The notes: a model not told the origin generated them from the sequence alone. A stretch of 64,000 nucleotides of DNA from Arcobacteraceae bacterium (GCA_963677755.1 OY782506.1:958137-1022136), one strand, 5' to 3'. Positions 29,525 to 38,881 are shown, numbered from the stretch's first letter. Made by a program: numbers and translations.

Positions 29525-30562
29525 ATGTTTGAAGATTATCTAGAAGTTTATGAAGTTGTGAATATTTTAGCATTAATTGTTGGGATATTATTTGGAGCAA
29601 TTGCTCAAAAAAGTCAATTTTGTTTTGGTGGTGGTTTGAGAGACTATATAGAAACAAACTCTACAAAAAGAGCATCTTCAGTTGTAATGGCTATGATTAG
29701 TGCAGTTGTAACAACATATTTTGTAACAACATATTTTGAAGTAGATTTAACCCAAACTCCATATTTAAAAGAGAGTGTCAACTATTTTACTATTGTATTT
29801 GGTGGTGTTTTATTTGGTATAGGTATGATTGTATCAGATGGTTGTAGTGCAAGACATATGGTGAAGTCTTCCCAAGGGGATATCTATTCTATTATTGCAC
29901 TTTTATTTATTGCAATATCAGCTTATGCAACTATAAAAGGGGTGTTAAACCCTGTGATTTTTCCATTAATACAAAACACTTTTTTACTTGAACTCTCATC
30001 ATATATTTCAAATTTTGCTTTAAATATATATTTTGTTGTAGTTGTTTTGACAATGCTTTTACTCTTTTTAATTAAAGGTGATTTCAAAAAGATTTTAGGA
30101 CTTTATGATGGGATACTTATAGGTATTTTGGTTGGTGTAATGTGGTATGTTACAGGTTATATAGGAGCTGAAAGTATGGAGAAAACAATCTCATTAAGTG
30201 CTTTGTCTTTTATATATTCTAGTGGTGAAACACTTCAAACAATCACTGATTACAATCTTATAGGGATGAGAAACTCCGTTGTTCTTATCATTGGTATTTT
30301 TATTGGTGCTTTTTTGATGAGTTTGGTAAATAAGAGCTATACTAAAGCGTGTAATATAACTCCTCAACCAAATAAATTAAGATCTAAAATAGTTGGTGGA
30401 ACTTTAATGGGAGTTGGTGGTGTTATGGCTATTGGTTGTACTATGGGGCAAGGATTAAGTGGTCTTTCTACACTTGCATTAGCTTCTACTGTTGCAATAA
30501 GCTCAATTTTAGTATCTGCTTATTTTAGTATCATAATTTTAAAAAAATATAATAAAAATTAA
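29525..30562 (+). CDS. YedE/YeeE-family membrane protein (FdhT-like putative selenium/sulfur compound transporter)
   Basis: 345 aa polytopic protein with two repeated halves carrying conserved Cys motifs (SQFCFGGGLRD, DGCSARH, IGCTMGQGLSG). Confidence 0.8.
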   Translation: MFEDYLEVYEVVNILALIVGILFGAIAQKSQFCFGGGLRDYIETNSTKRASSVVMAMISAVVTTYFVTTYFEVDLTQTPYLKESVNYFTIVFGGVLFGIGMIVSDGCSARHMVKSSQGDIYSIIALLFIAISAYATIKGVLNPVIFPLIQNTFLLELSSYISNFALNIYFVVVVLTMLLLFLIKGDFKKILGLYDGILIGILVGVMWYVTGYIGAESMEKTISLSALSFIYSSGETLQTITDYNLIGMRNSVVLIIGIFIGAFLMSLVNKSYTKACNITPQPNKLRSKIVGGTLMGVGGVMAIGCTMGQGLSGLSTLALASTVAISSILVSAYFSIIILKKYNKN

Positions 30563-30595
30563 AAAAGGTTCACAATGTTTTGTGAACCTTTTTTA
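30561..30595. terminator. bidirectional terminator
   Basis: AAAAAAGGTTCACA-atgttt-TGTGAACCTTTTTT. Confidence 0.6.
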
Positions 30596-30613
30596 ATTGG
30601 AAATAACTAACTT

Positions 30614-31276
30614 TTATATCTCATTTAACGCAATCTCATTAAATTTATAAGTTTTATAAGCTGTTTTAACTAAAATATCTTTTTGTGCTAACTCTTTAAA
30701 AAGTTTTATAAGGGTTGGTTTTGATATTGAAATTTTATCTATTATTTCACTATAGGAAGTGATGAGTATATTTTCTTTATCAAGATTGTTCATAATGTAT
30801 TTTATCACATCAACTTGTTTACTATCAGTTATTGCAGATATAGTTTTAATAATATTAATATTTTTTTGTATCTGTTTTTTTTGTACAATTGGTAGTAAAA
30901 CATCATGAAGGGTATTAAGCAACTCTTTTATATTAATTGGTTTTATAATATAGTTTTCTACTTTTAGTTGTATAGCATCAAGGAGATATTTTGTATCTGT
31001 ATGTGCTGTTGTTAAAATAGCAGGTATTGAGATGTTTTTAACTTTTAAATCTCTTAAAAAGTCAATACCATTTTCATTTTCAAGTAGAATATCTGATATA
31101 ATAAGATCAACTTTTTTTGTTTCAATCACCTCTAAAGCGTCTGCTATTGTCTCTACACTATAAATTTTATGAACAAAATCTTCTAAAATATCAGTGGTAT
31201 GTTTTGATAAATCAATATCATCCTCTAAGTATAAAATATTTGCATCAAGCAATATATTTAAATTTCTACTTTCCAT
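30614..31276 (-). CDS. response regulator (receiver plus C-terminal HTH-like domain)
   Basis: 220 aa. Receiver with LYLEDD and DLIISDILL Asp pocket. C-terminal ISKPTLIKLFKELAQKDIL helix-turn-helix-like segment. Confidence 0.8.
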   Translation of the reverse strand: MESRNLNILLDANILYLEDDIDLSKHTTDILEDFVHKIYSVETIADALEVIETKKVDLIISDILLENENGIDFLRDLKVKNISIPAILTTAHTDTKYLLDAIQLKVENYIIKPINIKELLNTLHDVLLPIVQKKQIQKNINIIKTISAITDSKQVDVIKYIMNNLDKENILITSYSEIIDKISISKPTLIKLFKELAQKDILVKTAYKTYKFNEIALNEI

Positions 31277-31284
31277 AAATTTAT

Positions 31285-32850
31285 CTATCCTTGTATTGGA
31301 ATTTTAATTATAAATAAAGAACACTTATCGTTATGAACATCATCTATTTTGTGGTAAATATTTTTGCAACTTATAAAACCATTCATATGTTTTTCAATAA
31401 TTTGTTTTGACATATAAAGTCCTATACCTGTACCCGCACTTTTGTACTTAGTTGTATAGTACGGTTCAAATATTTGCTCTATAATATTCTCATCTATTCC
31501 ACCACCATTGTCTATAAAATGGATAACTGCATATTCTTTGTATTTGCTTATAATTATTTTTATCATTTTATCATGTTTTATAGTAGTTGTTGCTAAAGCA
31601 TCTTTAGAATTAGAGATAATATTTAAAAAAACATGTGAGAGTTCGTTATAATATGTGTTTAATTCAATGTCACATCGTATCTCAAGTTTTAAACAAATTT
31701 TTTGTTTATCAAGTAAGTATTTTGATAATTCTACAGCATGTTCAGCACAATCATGTAAATAAAAGACACTTTTTGCTTTGTCAGGACTAAAAAAGTTTTT
31801 AAAATCATCAAGAGTATTGGACATGTTATTTGCTAAAAGAAGTGCATCTTGAACCTTAGTTTCCATATATTCATGGGTTAATTTTCCCATAGACATTTTT
31901 GTTTGAAACCCTTGTATTATCATAATTATAGAACTTAAAGGTTGTCTCCATTGATGAGCAATGTTATTAAGCATCTCTCCTAAACTTGCAAGTTTTGCTT
32001 GTTGAAACATAATAATATCTTTTTTTCTATTATTTGTTACCTCTTGAATTACCCTTTTTTCTAAAGAATTATTGAGTTTTTTCAGCTCTTTTGTTTTGTT
32101 TTCTATATTAACTTCTAATATCTTATGGAGGTTTTTAAAATTATTAATTAAAATCATTGATAGAGCAATTGAAAAAATAAATACCAAAATTATTGAGATG
32201 ACTGAACCTATAATTATAATATTAAAAACTTGTTGAGTTTCTATTTTTTCTTTTATAGCTAAAGATAAATCATAATTAATTAAACTTGTAATATATATGT
32301 TTATGGCATTAATTTCTAAATAAAGCTTTGTAAAATCATCTTTATTGTTGTTCTCTTTTATTTGTGAAAGAATGGTATTAATTAATACAATTTTTTTATC
32401 AATATTATTGATGACATTGATTTTTAAAACTTGGTCTTTTTTATGTGAAATATTTGGTTGTAAAAATTTTTTTATAAATTGAGTAAGATAAATTAATGGA
32501 GTATTTGTATTATTAGTTTCATGTTTATATTCATACCAATTTGATTTTATCAATTGCTTTGCTAATGTAATCACCTCTTTAGAATCTTCTAATGTAATAC
32601 TCTTATTTTCTACATCAATAAGAGTATCTTGTATATTTACTTTATAAGCATCTTTCATATTTTCTAGTTTAACAAACAGCGTTGTTCTTTGCTCAAATAA
32701 TTTATCAAAATCTTGCTTTATTGAAAATGTAGATATAAGTGAAAGGATTACAATTGTGAACATTCCTCCAGATATAACAAAAATAAGAAATTTTGTTTTA
32801 ATTTCAAAGTTTAATTGATTAAAATATGTAAAAATATCATTTAATTTCAT
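31285..32850 (-). CDS. sensor histidine kinase
   Basis: 521 aa. Two TM helices flanking a periplasmic domain, H-box NIAHQWRQPL, and ATPase motifs DNGGGID and GTGIGLY. Confidence 0.85.
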   Translation of the reverse strand: MKLNDIFTYFNQLNFEIKTKFLIFVISGGMFTIVILSLISTFSIKQDFDKLFEQRTTLFVKLENMKDAYKVNIQDTLIDVENKSITLEDSKEVITLAKQLIKSNWYEYKHETNNTNTPLIYLTQFIKKFLQPNISHKKDQVLKINVINNIDKKIVLINTILSQIKENNNKDDFTKLYLEINAINIYITSLINYDLSLAIKEKIETQQVFNIIIIGSVISIILVFIFSIALSMILINNFKNLHKILEVNIENKTKELKKLNNSLEKRVIQEVTNNRKKDIIMFQQAKLASLGEMLNNIAHQWRQPLSSIIMIIQGFQTKMSMGKLTHEYMETKVQDALLLANNMSNTLDDFKNFFSPDKAKSVFYLHDCAEHAVELSKYLLDKQKICLKLEIRCDIELNTYYNELSHVFLNIISNSKDALATTTIKHDKMIKIIISKYKEYAVIHFIDNGGGIDENIIEQIFEPYYTTKYKSAGTGIGLYMSKQIIEKHMNGFISCKNIYHKIDDVHNDKCSLFIIKIPIQG

Positions 32851-33989
32851 TCTTCAACCTTTATGAAGTTGTTATTTTCATATTTAAAAAGATACACTTT
32901 ATTAAAAAGTTGCTGGTTTTTATATTCAATTTTTAATCCTTTTAAAGTGTTTTGTGGAATTTTTTTTAATTCTTCAATAAACTTACTTCTAGTGATACTC
33001 CCTTTAATATTCTTTAGTGCTGTTACAACAATTTTTGCATTTAGAAATGCTTCAAGAGATATAAACCCAGCTTCATAGTTGGAATCATACGCTTTTAAAA
33101 TTTTGTGATACTCTTTAATGATAGGTATATCTAAATTATTATAGCTAGGTACAACCTGTGAAAATAAAATATTTTTTGTATGACCATCAAGCTTTTTTAT
33201 CATAGCACTTGCATCACCAAAAGAAATATTACAAAAGATAGTATTTTTAAAATTCTTATTTTTTTTAGCTTTTTTGATAAAAAGGGTATTCGCTTTATTT
33301 GCACCAACCATTATTATTGCCTCTGGTTTAGCATTATTAATTGCATGAAATGCATGCCTAATTGATAGTGTATTTCGCTTATAACTTCCTTCTGCTACCA
33401 ATGATAAATTATATTTTTTTAAAGTGTTGACAACACTTATATATCCATCTTCACCATATTCATCATTTTGATAAAATACTGCAATTTTCGTAAACCCTTT
33501 TTTATTATGAAGATATTTGATTTGCTCTTCTATCTCTTGCTGGTAAGAGCTTCTAAAATTAATTATATTTTCATAATAATCATCTCTTAAAAATGAAGCA
33601 CCAGTAAAAGCAGCAATAAATGGTATATCAGTTTGTCTTAATATTGGTAATATATTTTTTACCGTAGGAGTTCCTACAAATCCATATAATGCAAAAATTT
33701 TGTCATCTTTTATGAGCTTCTTTATGTTTTGTAATGTTAATTGAGGTTCATATTTGTCTTCATATGCTACAAGTTTTATTTTTTTATTATTTAATAGATT
33801 GTTAGTATTGATATGATGAAAATAAGCATTTGTACCTAGTTCAACGGCATTCCCAAGTTCCTTTATAGTCCCTGTTTTAGGCAATGAACTTCCTATATAG
33901 ATAATGTTATTATCAAAACTTTTTTCTTTAAAAAAAAGAAATCCAATAGCTACAGCAACAATAAGAATTAGTAATATAAGTTTTTTCAT
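32847..33989 (-). CDS. periplasmic binding protein, type 1 (Leu/Ile/Val-binding-like), probable sensor partner
   Basis: 380 aa. Signal peptide, a PBP1-like pattern (IYIGSSLPKTG...GFVGTPT...FTGAS), and a 4-nt overlap with the kinase gene. Confidence 0.75.
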   Translation of the reverse strand: MKKLILLILIVAVAIGFLFFKEKSFDNNIIYIGSSLPKTGTIKELGNAVELGTNAYFHHINTNNLLNNKKIKLVAYEDKYEPQLTLQNIKKLIKDDKIFALYGFVGTPTVKNILPILRQTDIPFIAAFTGASFLRDDYYENIINFRSSYQQEIEEQIKYLHNKKGFTKIAVFYQNDEYGEDGYISVVNTLKKYNLSLVAEGSYKRNTLSIRHAFHAINNAKPEAIIMVGANKANTLFIKKAKKNKNFKNTIFCNISFGDASAMIKKLDGHTKNILFSQVVPSYNNLDIPIIKEYHKILKAYDSNYEAGFISLEAFLNAKIVVTALKNIKGSITRSKFIEELKKIPQNTLKGLKIEYKNQQLFNKVYLFKYENNNFIKVEE

Positions 33990-34211
33990 AGGGAGATTTT
34001 ATCTAAATTACCTAAATTTTTAAATAAAGTGTTTAATTTAAGTAAACATTAAGAGTTTGAGTTATAAAATTGGTCAAATATTTTTTACCAAAATGAATTT
34101 TTTATATATTTTATTATTCAACTGAATAATTGGTTTTCCAATAAAATGATTACTAAATTATATAAAAAGATTTTGATTTTAGTTTAAATATTAAAAATGG
34201 TGTGAAAGTTG

Positions 34212-34238
34212 CCTTAAGAATTTCTATAATTTTTAAGG
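34212..34238 (+). promoter_or_regulatory. conserved leader: 9-bp inverted repeat bracketing a TATAAT box (copy 1)
   Basis: CCTTAAGAA-tttctataa-TTTTTAAGG with TATAAT at 34225-34230, 43 nt before ATG 34273. The same element is found at 42247-42273. Confidence 0.4.
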
Positions 34239-34272
34239 GGGCTTTTACCCATATAAATCTAAAGGAGTGAAG

Positions 34273-34497
34273 ATGGCTGAAGAGTTAAACGGTAGACGAA
34301 ATTTTATCAAACGAGCTGGTGTTGCTACGGCAGTGTTAGCTGGTTCAGTTGCTGCAGTTGCTGCAACATCAGAGGAGCATCACAGAGGAGCTGGGAGTGA
34401 AGTTGGTAACGGTGTTGTTACAGGAACTTCAAAAAAGAAAGAGATTTTATACGATAAAACTCAAGCTTGGCATCAATTTTATCAAGCTGCTAAATAA
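34273..34497 (+). CDS. small twin-arginine-signal protein of the formate-dehydrogenase-region TAT target type
   Basis: 74 aa from the ATG after AGGAG (the track starts 2 codons earlier at GTG 34267). NGRRNFIKRAGVATAVLAG Tat signal. Lies immediately upstream of fdhA. Confidence 0.75.
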   Translation: MAEELNGRRNFIKRAGVATAVLAGSVAAVAATSEEHHRGAGSEVGNGVVTGTSKKKEILYDKTQAWHQFYQAAK

Positions 34498-34512
34498 TTA
34501 AAAAGGGAAACA

Positions 34513-37311
34513 ATGAAATTAATTAAAAGTTTTAAGAGAAGAAATTTTTTAAAAATGGCTTCACTTGCAACAGCTGTAACAGCAACATCTGGCTTTGCTA
34601 GTACAAATGTTTTAAGAAGTGCAACTGAAGAAGAGATTAAAAACCCATTTCCAGGTTCTAAACTTGTTAAAACTATCTGTTCTTACTGTTCAGTAGGTTG
34701 TGGTGTAGTTGCTGAAGTTCAAAATGGTGTATGGGTAAGACAAGAGGTAGCTTCTGATCACCCTATAAGTCATGGAGGTCACTGTTGTAAAGGTGCTGAT
34801 ATGATTGATAAGGCACGAGCAACAAATAGACTTAAATATCCAATGGAAAAAGTTGATGGTAAATGGACTAGAGTATCTTGGGATAATGCAATGGGAAAAA
34901 TATCTGATAAATTGCAACAGTTAAAAGATGATTTCGGTCCAGATGCAGTACAGTTTATAGGTTCTTCAAAAGTTGGTAATGAGCAAGCATATTATATAAG
35001 AAAGTTTGCTTCTATGTTTGGAACAAATAATATTGACCAACAAGCTAGAATTTGTCACAGTCCAACAGTTGCAGGTGTTGCTAACACTTGGGGTTATGGA
35101 GCTATGACAAATCATATAGGTGACATGCAAAACTCAAAAGCGATTATTATATTCGGAGCAAATCCAGCTTCAAATCATCCAGTAGCTATGCAGCATATTT
35201 TAAAAGCAAAAGAACAAAATGGAGCAAAAATCATTGTTGTAGATCCAAGATATACTAAAACAGCTGCAAAAAGTGATCTTTTTTGTCGTGTAAGACCAGG
35301 TTCTGATATTGCTTTTATGTACGGTATGATTCGTCTTATCAAACATAATGGTTGGTTAGATAAGTCTTTTATTGCTGATAGAGTTTATGGTATGGAAGAG
35401 ATTTTAGAAGAGTGTGAAGCTTATACACCTGAACATGTTGAAGATGTAACAGGTTGTCCTAAAGAAGATCTTATTCAAGCTACTACAGTATTTGCTAAAG
35501 CTGAACCAGGTTCACTTATTTGGAACCAAGGGTTAACTCAACATACTATAGGTTCTTCAAATACAAGACTTGCAACAATCGTTCAATTAGCACTTGGAAA
35601 TATGGGTAAAACTGGTGGTGGATGTAATATCTTAAGAGGTCATGATAATGTTCAAGGTGCTACAGACTTAGGTTGTCTATCACATACACTTCCAGGATAT
35701 TATGGATTAAGTGAAGGTTCATGGAAATATTTTGCAAAACAGTGGAATGTAGATTATGAATGGCTTAAAGGGCAATTTAAATCTAAAGAACTTATGGAAA
35801 AAGAGGGATTTAGTTTAAGTTTATGGTTACATGGTGTTTTAGAAAAAAATAATGCTAAAAATAATGGTGGTACACCAATTAAAGCTTTAGTAGTTATAGG
35901 AAATGGTATCTCAACTATTACACAAACACATAAAGTAAAAGAAGCTTTAGATAAATTAGAGTTAGTTGTATTTATTGACCCTTTTGTTAATGATTCAGCT
36001 GTATTAACTACAAGAGACAACAACTTATTTATGTTGCCTGTTGCAACACAGATGGAAACTTCAGGGAGTATTGTTAATACATCAAGAAGTATCCAATGGC
36101 GTTCTAAAGTTATGGACCCAATGTATGAAACAAGACCAGATCATGAAATTTTATTTGATTTTGCTAAACGGTTGGGATTTTATGATCAACTTGTTGCTGG
36201 TATGGGTAAAGGTGATAAATATAATTGGCCAGAAGATGCTACAGATGAGATAGCAAAAGCTCTTAAAACTATTGGTATGCAAGGTAGAACAGCCAAGCGT
36301 ATTAAAAAACATACTGAAAATTGGCACTTATTTGATAGTGTATCACTAAAAGGTAAAGGTGCACTTTCAAAAGAGTATTATGGTTTACCATGGCCTTGTT
36401 GGACAGAACAACATCCTGGAAGTCCTGTATTATATAATACTAATTTACCAGTAAACCAAGGTGGTATGGGATTTAGAGCTAGATTTGGACTTCAAAGAGA
36501 TGGAAAAAATCTTCTTGCTGCACAAGGGAGTGCTCCTAAAGGTTCTAAAATAAAAGGTGGATATGCAGAAATTACATATAAAAATGTTGAAGAACTTACA
36601 GGTATTAAGCTAACTGCTGCTGAGAAAAAAGCGGTTGAGGGTAAAAACTGGAAAACAGATGATAGTGGTATTTTAAATAAATATGCAATTGAAGCTGGAC
36701 TTGCTCCTTATGGAAATGCAAGAGCTAGAACTATTGTTTGGAACTTTACAGATCAAATCCCTAAACATAGAGAGCCTTTACACTCACCAAGACCAGATTT
36801 AGTAAAACAATACCCATCAGTTCGAGATAAAAAGAACTATTATAGAACAGATGTACGGTATGAATCTGAACAAAAAGCTCAAGAGTGGGTAAAAGATTAT
36901 CCTACAAGTATAGTTTCAGGAAGAATTGTTGAACACTTTGGTTCAGGGACAGAAACAAGAGCATCAAAATATCTTGCAGAGTTATCTGGTGAGATGTATG
37001 GTGAAGTACATCCTAATTTTGCAGCCTCTTTAGGGATTAAAGATGGTGATATGATGTGGGTTTATGGAACTGCTGAAGGAAAAATAAAAGTAAAATGTAA
37101 ATATAGCTACACAGTTGCAGAAAACTATGTATTTTTACCACAAAACTTCTCAGGAGTATTTAGTGGAGAGAGCTTGGAAAGTAAATATCCAGAGGGTACA
37201 AAACCATATATGTATGGTGAGTCGTCAAATTCAATTACAAGTTATGGATTTGATCAAGAAACAGGTTGTCCAGAGACTAAATGTTCTTTGGTAAGACTAG
37301 AAAGAGCATAG
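34513..37311 (+). CDS. fdhA: formate dehydrogenase catalytic subunit, Cys-type (Mo/W-bisPGD enzyme)
   Basis: 932 aa. Tat signal KRRNFLKMASLA, N-terminal FeS motif CSYCSVGCG, and active-site context QQARICHSPTVAG with Cys where copy 2 has TGA. Confidence 0.9.
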   Translation: MKLIKSFKRRNFLKMASLATAVTATSGFASTNVLRSATEEEIKNPFPGSKLVKTICSYCSVGCGVVAEVQNGVWVRQEVASDHPISHGGHCCKGADMIDKARATNRLKYPMEKVDGKWTRVSWDNAMGKISDKLQQLKDDFGPDAVQFIGSSKVGNEQAYYIRKFASMFGTNNIDQQARICHSPTVAGVANTWGYGAMTNHIGDMQNSKAIIIFGANPASNHPVAMQHILKAKEQNGAKIIVVDPRYTKTAAKSDLFCRVRPGSDIAFMYGMIRLIKHNGWLDKSFIADRVYGMEEILEECEAYTPEHVEDVTGCPKEDLIQATTVFAKAEPGSLIWNQGLTQHTIGSSNTRLATIVQLALGNMGKTGGGCNILRGHDNVQGATDLGCLSHTLPGYYGLSEGSWKYFAKQWNVDYEWLKGQFKSKELMEKEGFSLSLWLHGVLEKNNAKNNGGTPIKALVVIGNGISTITQTHKVKEALDKLELVVFIDPFVNDSAVLTTRDNNLFMLPVATQMETSGSIVNTSRSIQWRSKVMDPMYETRPDHEILFDFAKRLGFYDQLVAGMGKGDKYNWPEDATDEIAKALKTIGMQGRTAKRIKKHTENWHLFDSVSLKGKGALSKEYYGLPWPCWTEQHPGSPVLYNTNLPVNQGGMGFRARFGLQRDGKNLLAAQGSAPKGSKIKGGYAEITYKNVEELTGIKLTAAEKKAVEGKNWKTDDSGILNKYAIEAGLAPYGNARARTIVWNFTDQIPKHREPLHSPRPDLVKQYPSVRDKKNYYRTDVRYESEQKAQEWVKDYPTSIVSGRIVEHFGSGTETRASKYLAELSGEMYGEVHPNFAASLGIKDGDMMWVYGTAEGKIKVKCKYSYTVAENYVFLPQNFSGVFSGESLESKYPEGTKPYMYGESSNSITSYGFDQETGCPETKCSLVRLERA

Positions 37312-37320
37312 GAGTAAGAT

Positions 37321-37914
37321 ATGAATAATAAACCAGATTTTGCAAGAATGAAGTTCTATTGTGATGAAAACCTATGTATCGATTGTAATGGTTGTGTAGT
37401 AGCTTGTAAAGAAGCACATGAAGTTCCAGTTGGTGTAAATAGAAGAAAAGTAGTTACAGTAAACGAAGGTATAGTAGGGCAAGAGATATCAGTATCAATG
37501 GCGTGTATGCATTGTGCTGATGCACCATGTCAACAAGTATGTCCAACAGACTGTTTTTATATAAGAGCAGATGGAATTGTTTTACATGATAAAGATAAAT
37601 GTATAGGTTGTGGATATTGTCTATTTGCTTGTCCTTTTGGAGCTCCACAGTTTCCAAAAGATGGTGCTTTTGGTACTAAAGGGAAAATGGATAAATGTAC
37701 AATGTGTGCAGGGGGACCTGAAGAGACTAATTCACACGAAGAGTTCGAGAAATATGGACAAAACAGAATTAGTGAAGGGAAAGTTCCTATGTGTGCATCA
37801 ATGTGTTCAACAAAAGCTTTACTTGTAGGTGATGCAGATGAAGTAGCACTTATTAAAACATATAGAGCTACAACAAAAGGGAAAGGTATAGCTACTGAAC
37901 CTATGGGATGGTAG
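37321..37914 (+). CDS. fdhB: formate dehydrogenase iron-sulfur subunit
   Basis: 197 aa with four ferredoxin-type Cys clusters (CIDCNGCVVACK, CMHCADAPCQQVCP, CIGCGYCLFACP, CTMC...CASMCS). Confidence 0.9.
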   Translation: MNNKPDFARMKFYCDENLCIDCNGCVVACKEAHEVPVGVNRRKVVTVNEGIVGQEISVSMACMHCADAPCQQVCPTDCFYIRADGIVLHDKDKCIGCGYCLFACPFGAPQFPKDGAFGTKGKMDKCTMCAGGPEETNSHEEFEKYGQNRISEGKVPMCASMCSTKALLVGDADEVALIKTYRATTKGKGIATEPMGW

Positions 37915-37923
37915 GAGATAATT

Positions 37924-38880
37924 ATGGAAAATACTAACACATTTTTTAGTAGAAATAAAGCCTATATCTTTACTCTATTAGGACTTACTATAGCTGCTAT
38001 TATTATGGGTGGTTTTATGATGATCTTTGATTGGGGATATTTAGTAAAATATATCCTTGATATGATCACAGGAGCAGGGGTAAGTGGAGTTGTAACTCCA
38101 CCTACTTCAAACTATGAAACTATGGTAAATGCAGCCTTTGGACCAAACTATAATACAATTGCACCTGAGATTATCCGTGCTAGTAACGAGAGACAAGAAT
38201 ATATTTGGTGGGTATTTGTAGCGGAGATTGCAATATTTTGTTTTATGTATGCAAAATATGGTAGAAAAACTGCAATAGTAACAAACCCAGATGATCAAGT
38301 GCAAGTGTTCTCTTTATTTCATAGAACTGTGATGTGGTTAAATGTAATCATTATCATTACACTTATAATATCAGGATTTAATATCACATGGTCATTGCGT
38401 TCAGGTGGTGGTGAGATCCCATTTCTTTTACGTGGATTACATGAAGTGACAGGATTAGTATGGTTTCCATTTTGGTTACTCCTTACTATTATAGCTTTTA
38501 AAGATGCAAAATTACTTTCAAGTAATAGTGTACTGAAAAAGATTATATTACCTGGAAAATTTAAACCAATGAAAAGAGTGATTTATATTGTATTTGTAGC
38601 TATGGGAACTGGTCTTTTAGCAAGTGGTTTTCTTATTTGGTTTTTACATCCAGATACTTTTACCCATGCTAGTTTAATACAGTTTAAAAGAGTGTTACTT
38701 TATGTTCACTTCGCTTCTAGTGTTTTAATTATGTTCTTTATTATGGACTTTGTATATTCTATTTTAATATCAATAAAAGGGAATTTAAAAGGGTTAATTA
38801 CAGGAAAGTATCCAAGAGAACATTTAGAACAATTAGCACCAGATGTTTTAGCTGATATTGATAGTATAAAAGGAAACTAA
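37924..38880 (+). CDS. fdhC: formate dehydrogenase membrane cytochrome b subunit
   Basis: 318 aa polytopic membrane protein with conserved His residues, in the canonical fdhABC position. Confidence 0.8.
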   Translation: MENTNTFFSRNKAYIFTLLGLTIAAIIMGGFMMIFDWGYLVKYILDMITGAGVSGVVTPPTSNYETMVNAAFGPNYNTIAPEIIRASNERQEYIWWVFVAEIAIFCFMYAKYGRKTAIVTNPDDQVQVFSLFHRTVMWLNVIIIITLIISGFNITWSLRSGGGEIPFLLRGLHEVTGLVWFPFWLLLTIIAFKDAKLLSSNSVLKKIILPGKFKPMKRVIYIVFVAMGTGLLASGFLIWFLHPDTFTHASLIQFKRVLLYVHFASSVLIMFFIMDFVYSILISIKGNLKGLITGKYPREHLEQLAPDVLADIDSIKGN

Positions 38881-38881
38881 G

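Noticed and set aside
37557-37940. Antisense and alternative-frame track ORFs inside the fdh genes (37454-37657, 37557-37940, 37610-37828, 38107-38304 and their copy 2 twins; also 34690-34917, 35754-36023 and 43790-44059).
   Set aside because: They lie entirely within strongly supported coding genes and have low-complexity or odd composition with no motifs. They are shadow ORFs, useful only as evidence that the two copies are identical at DNA level.
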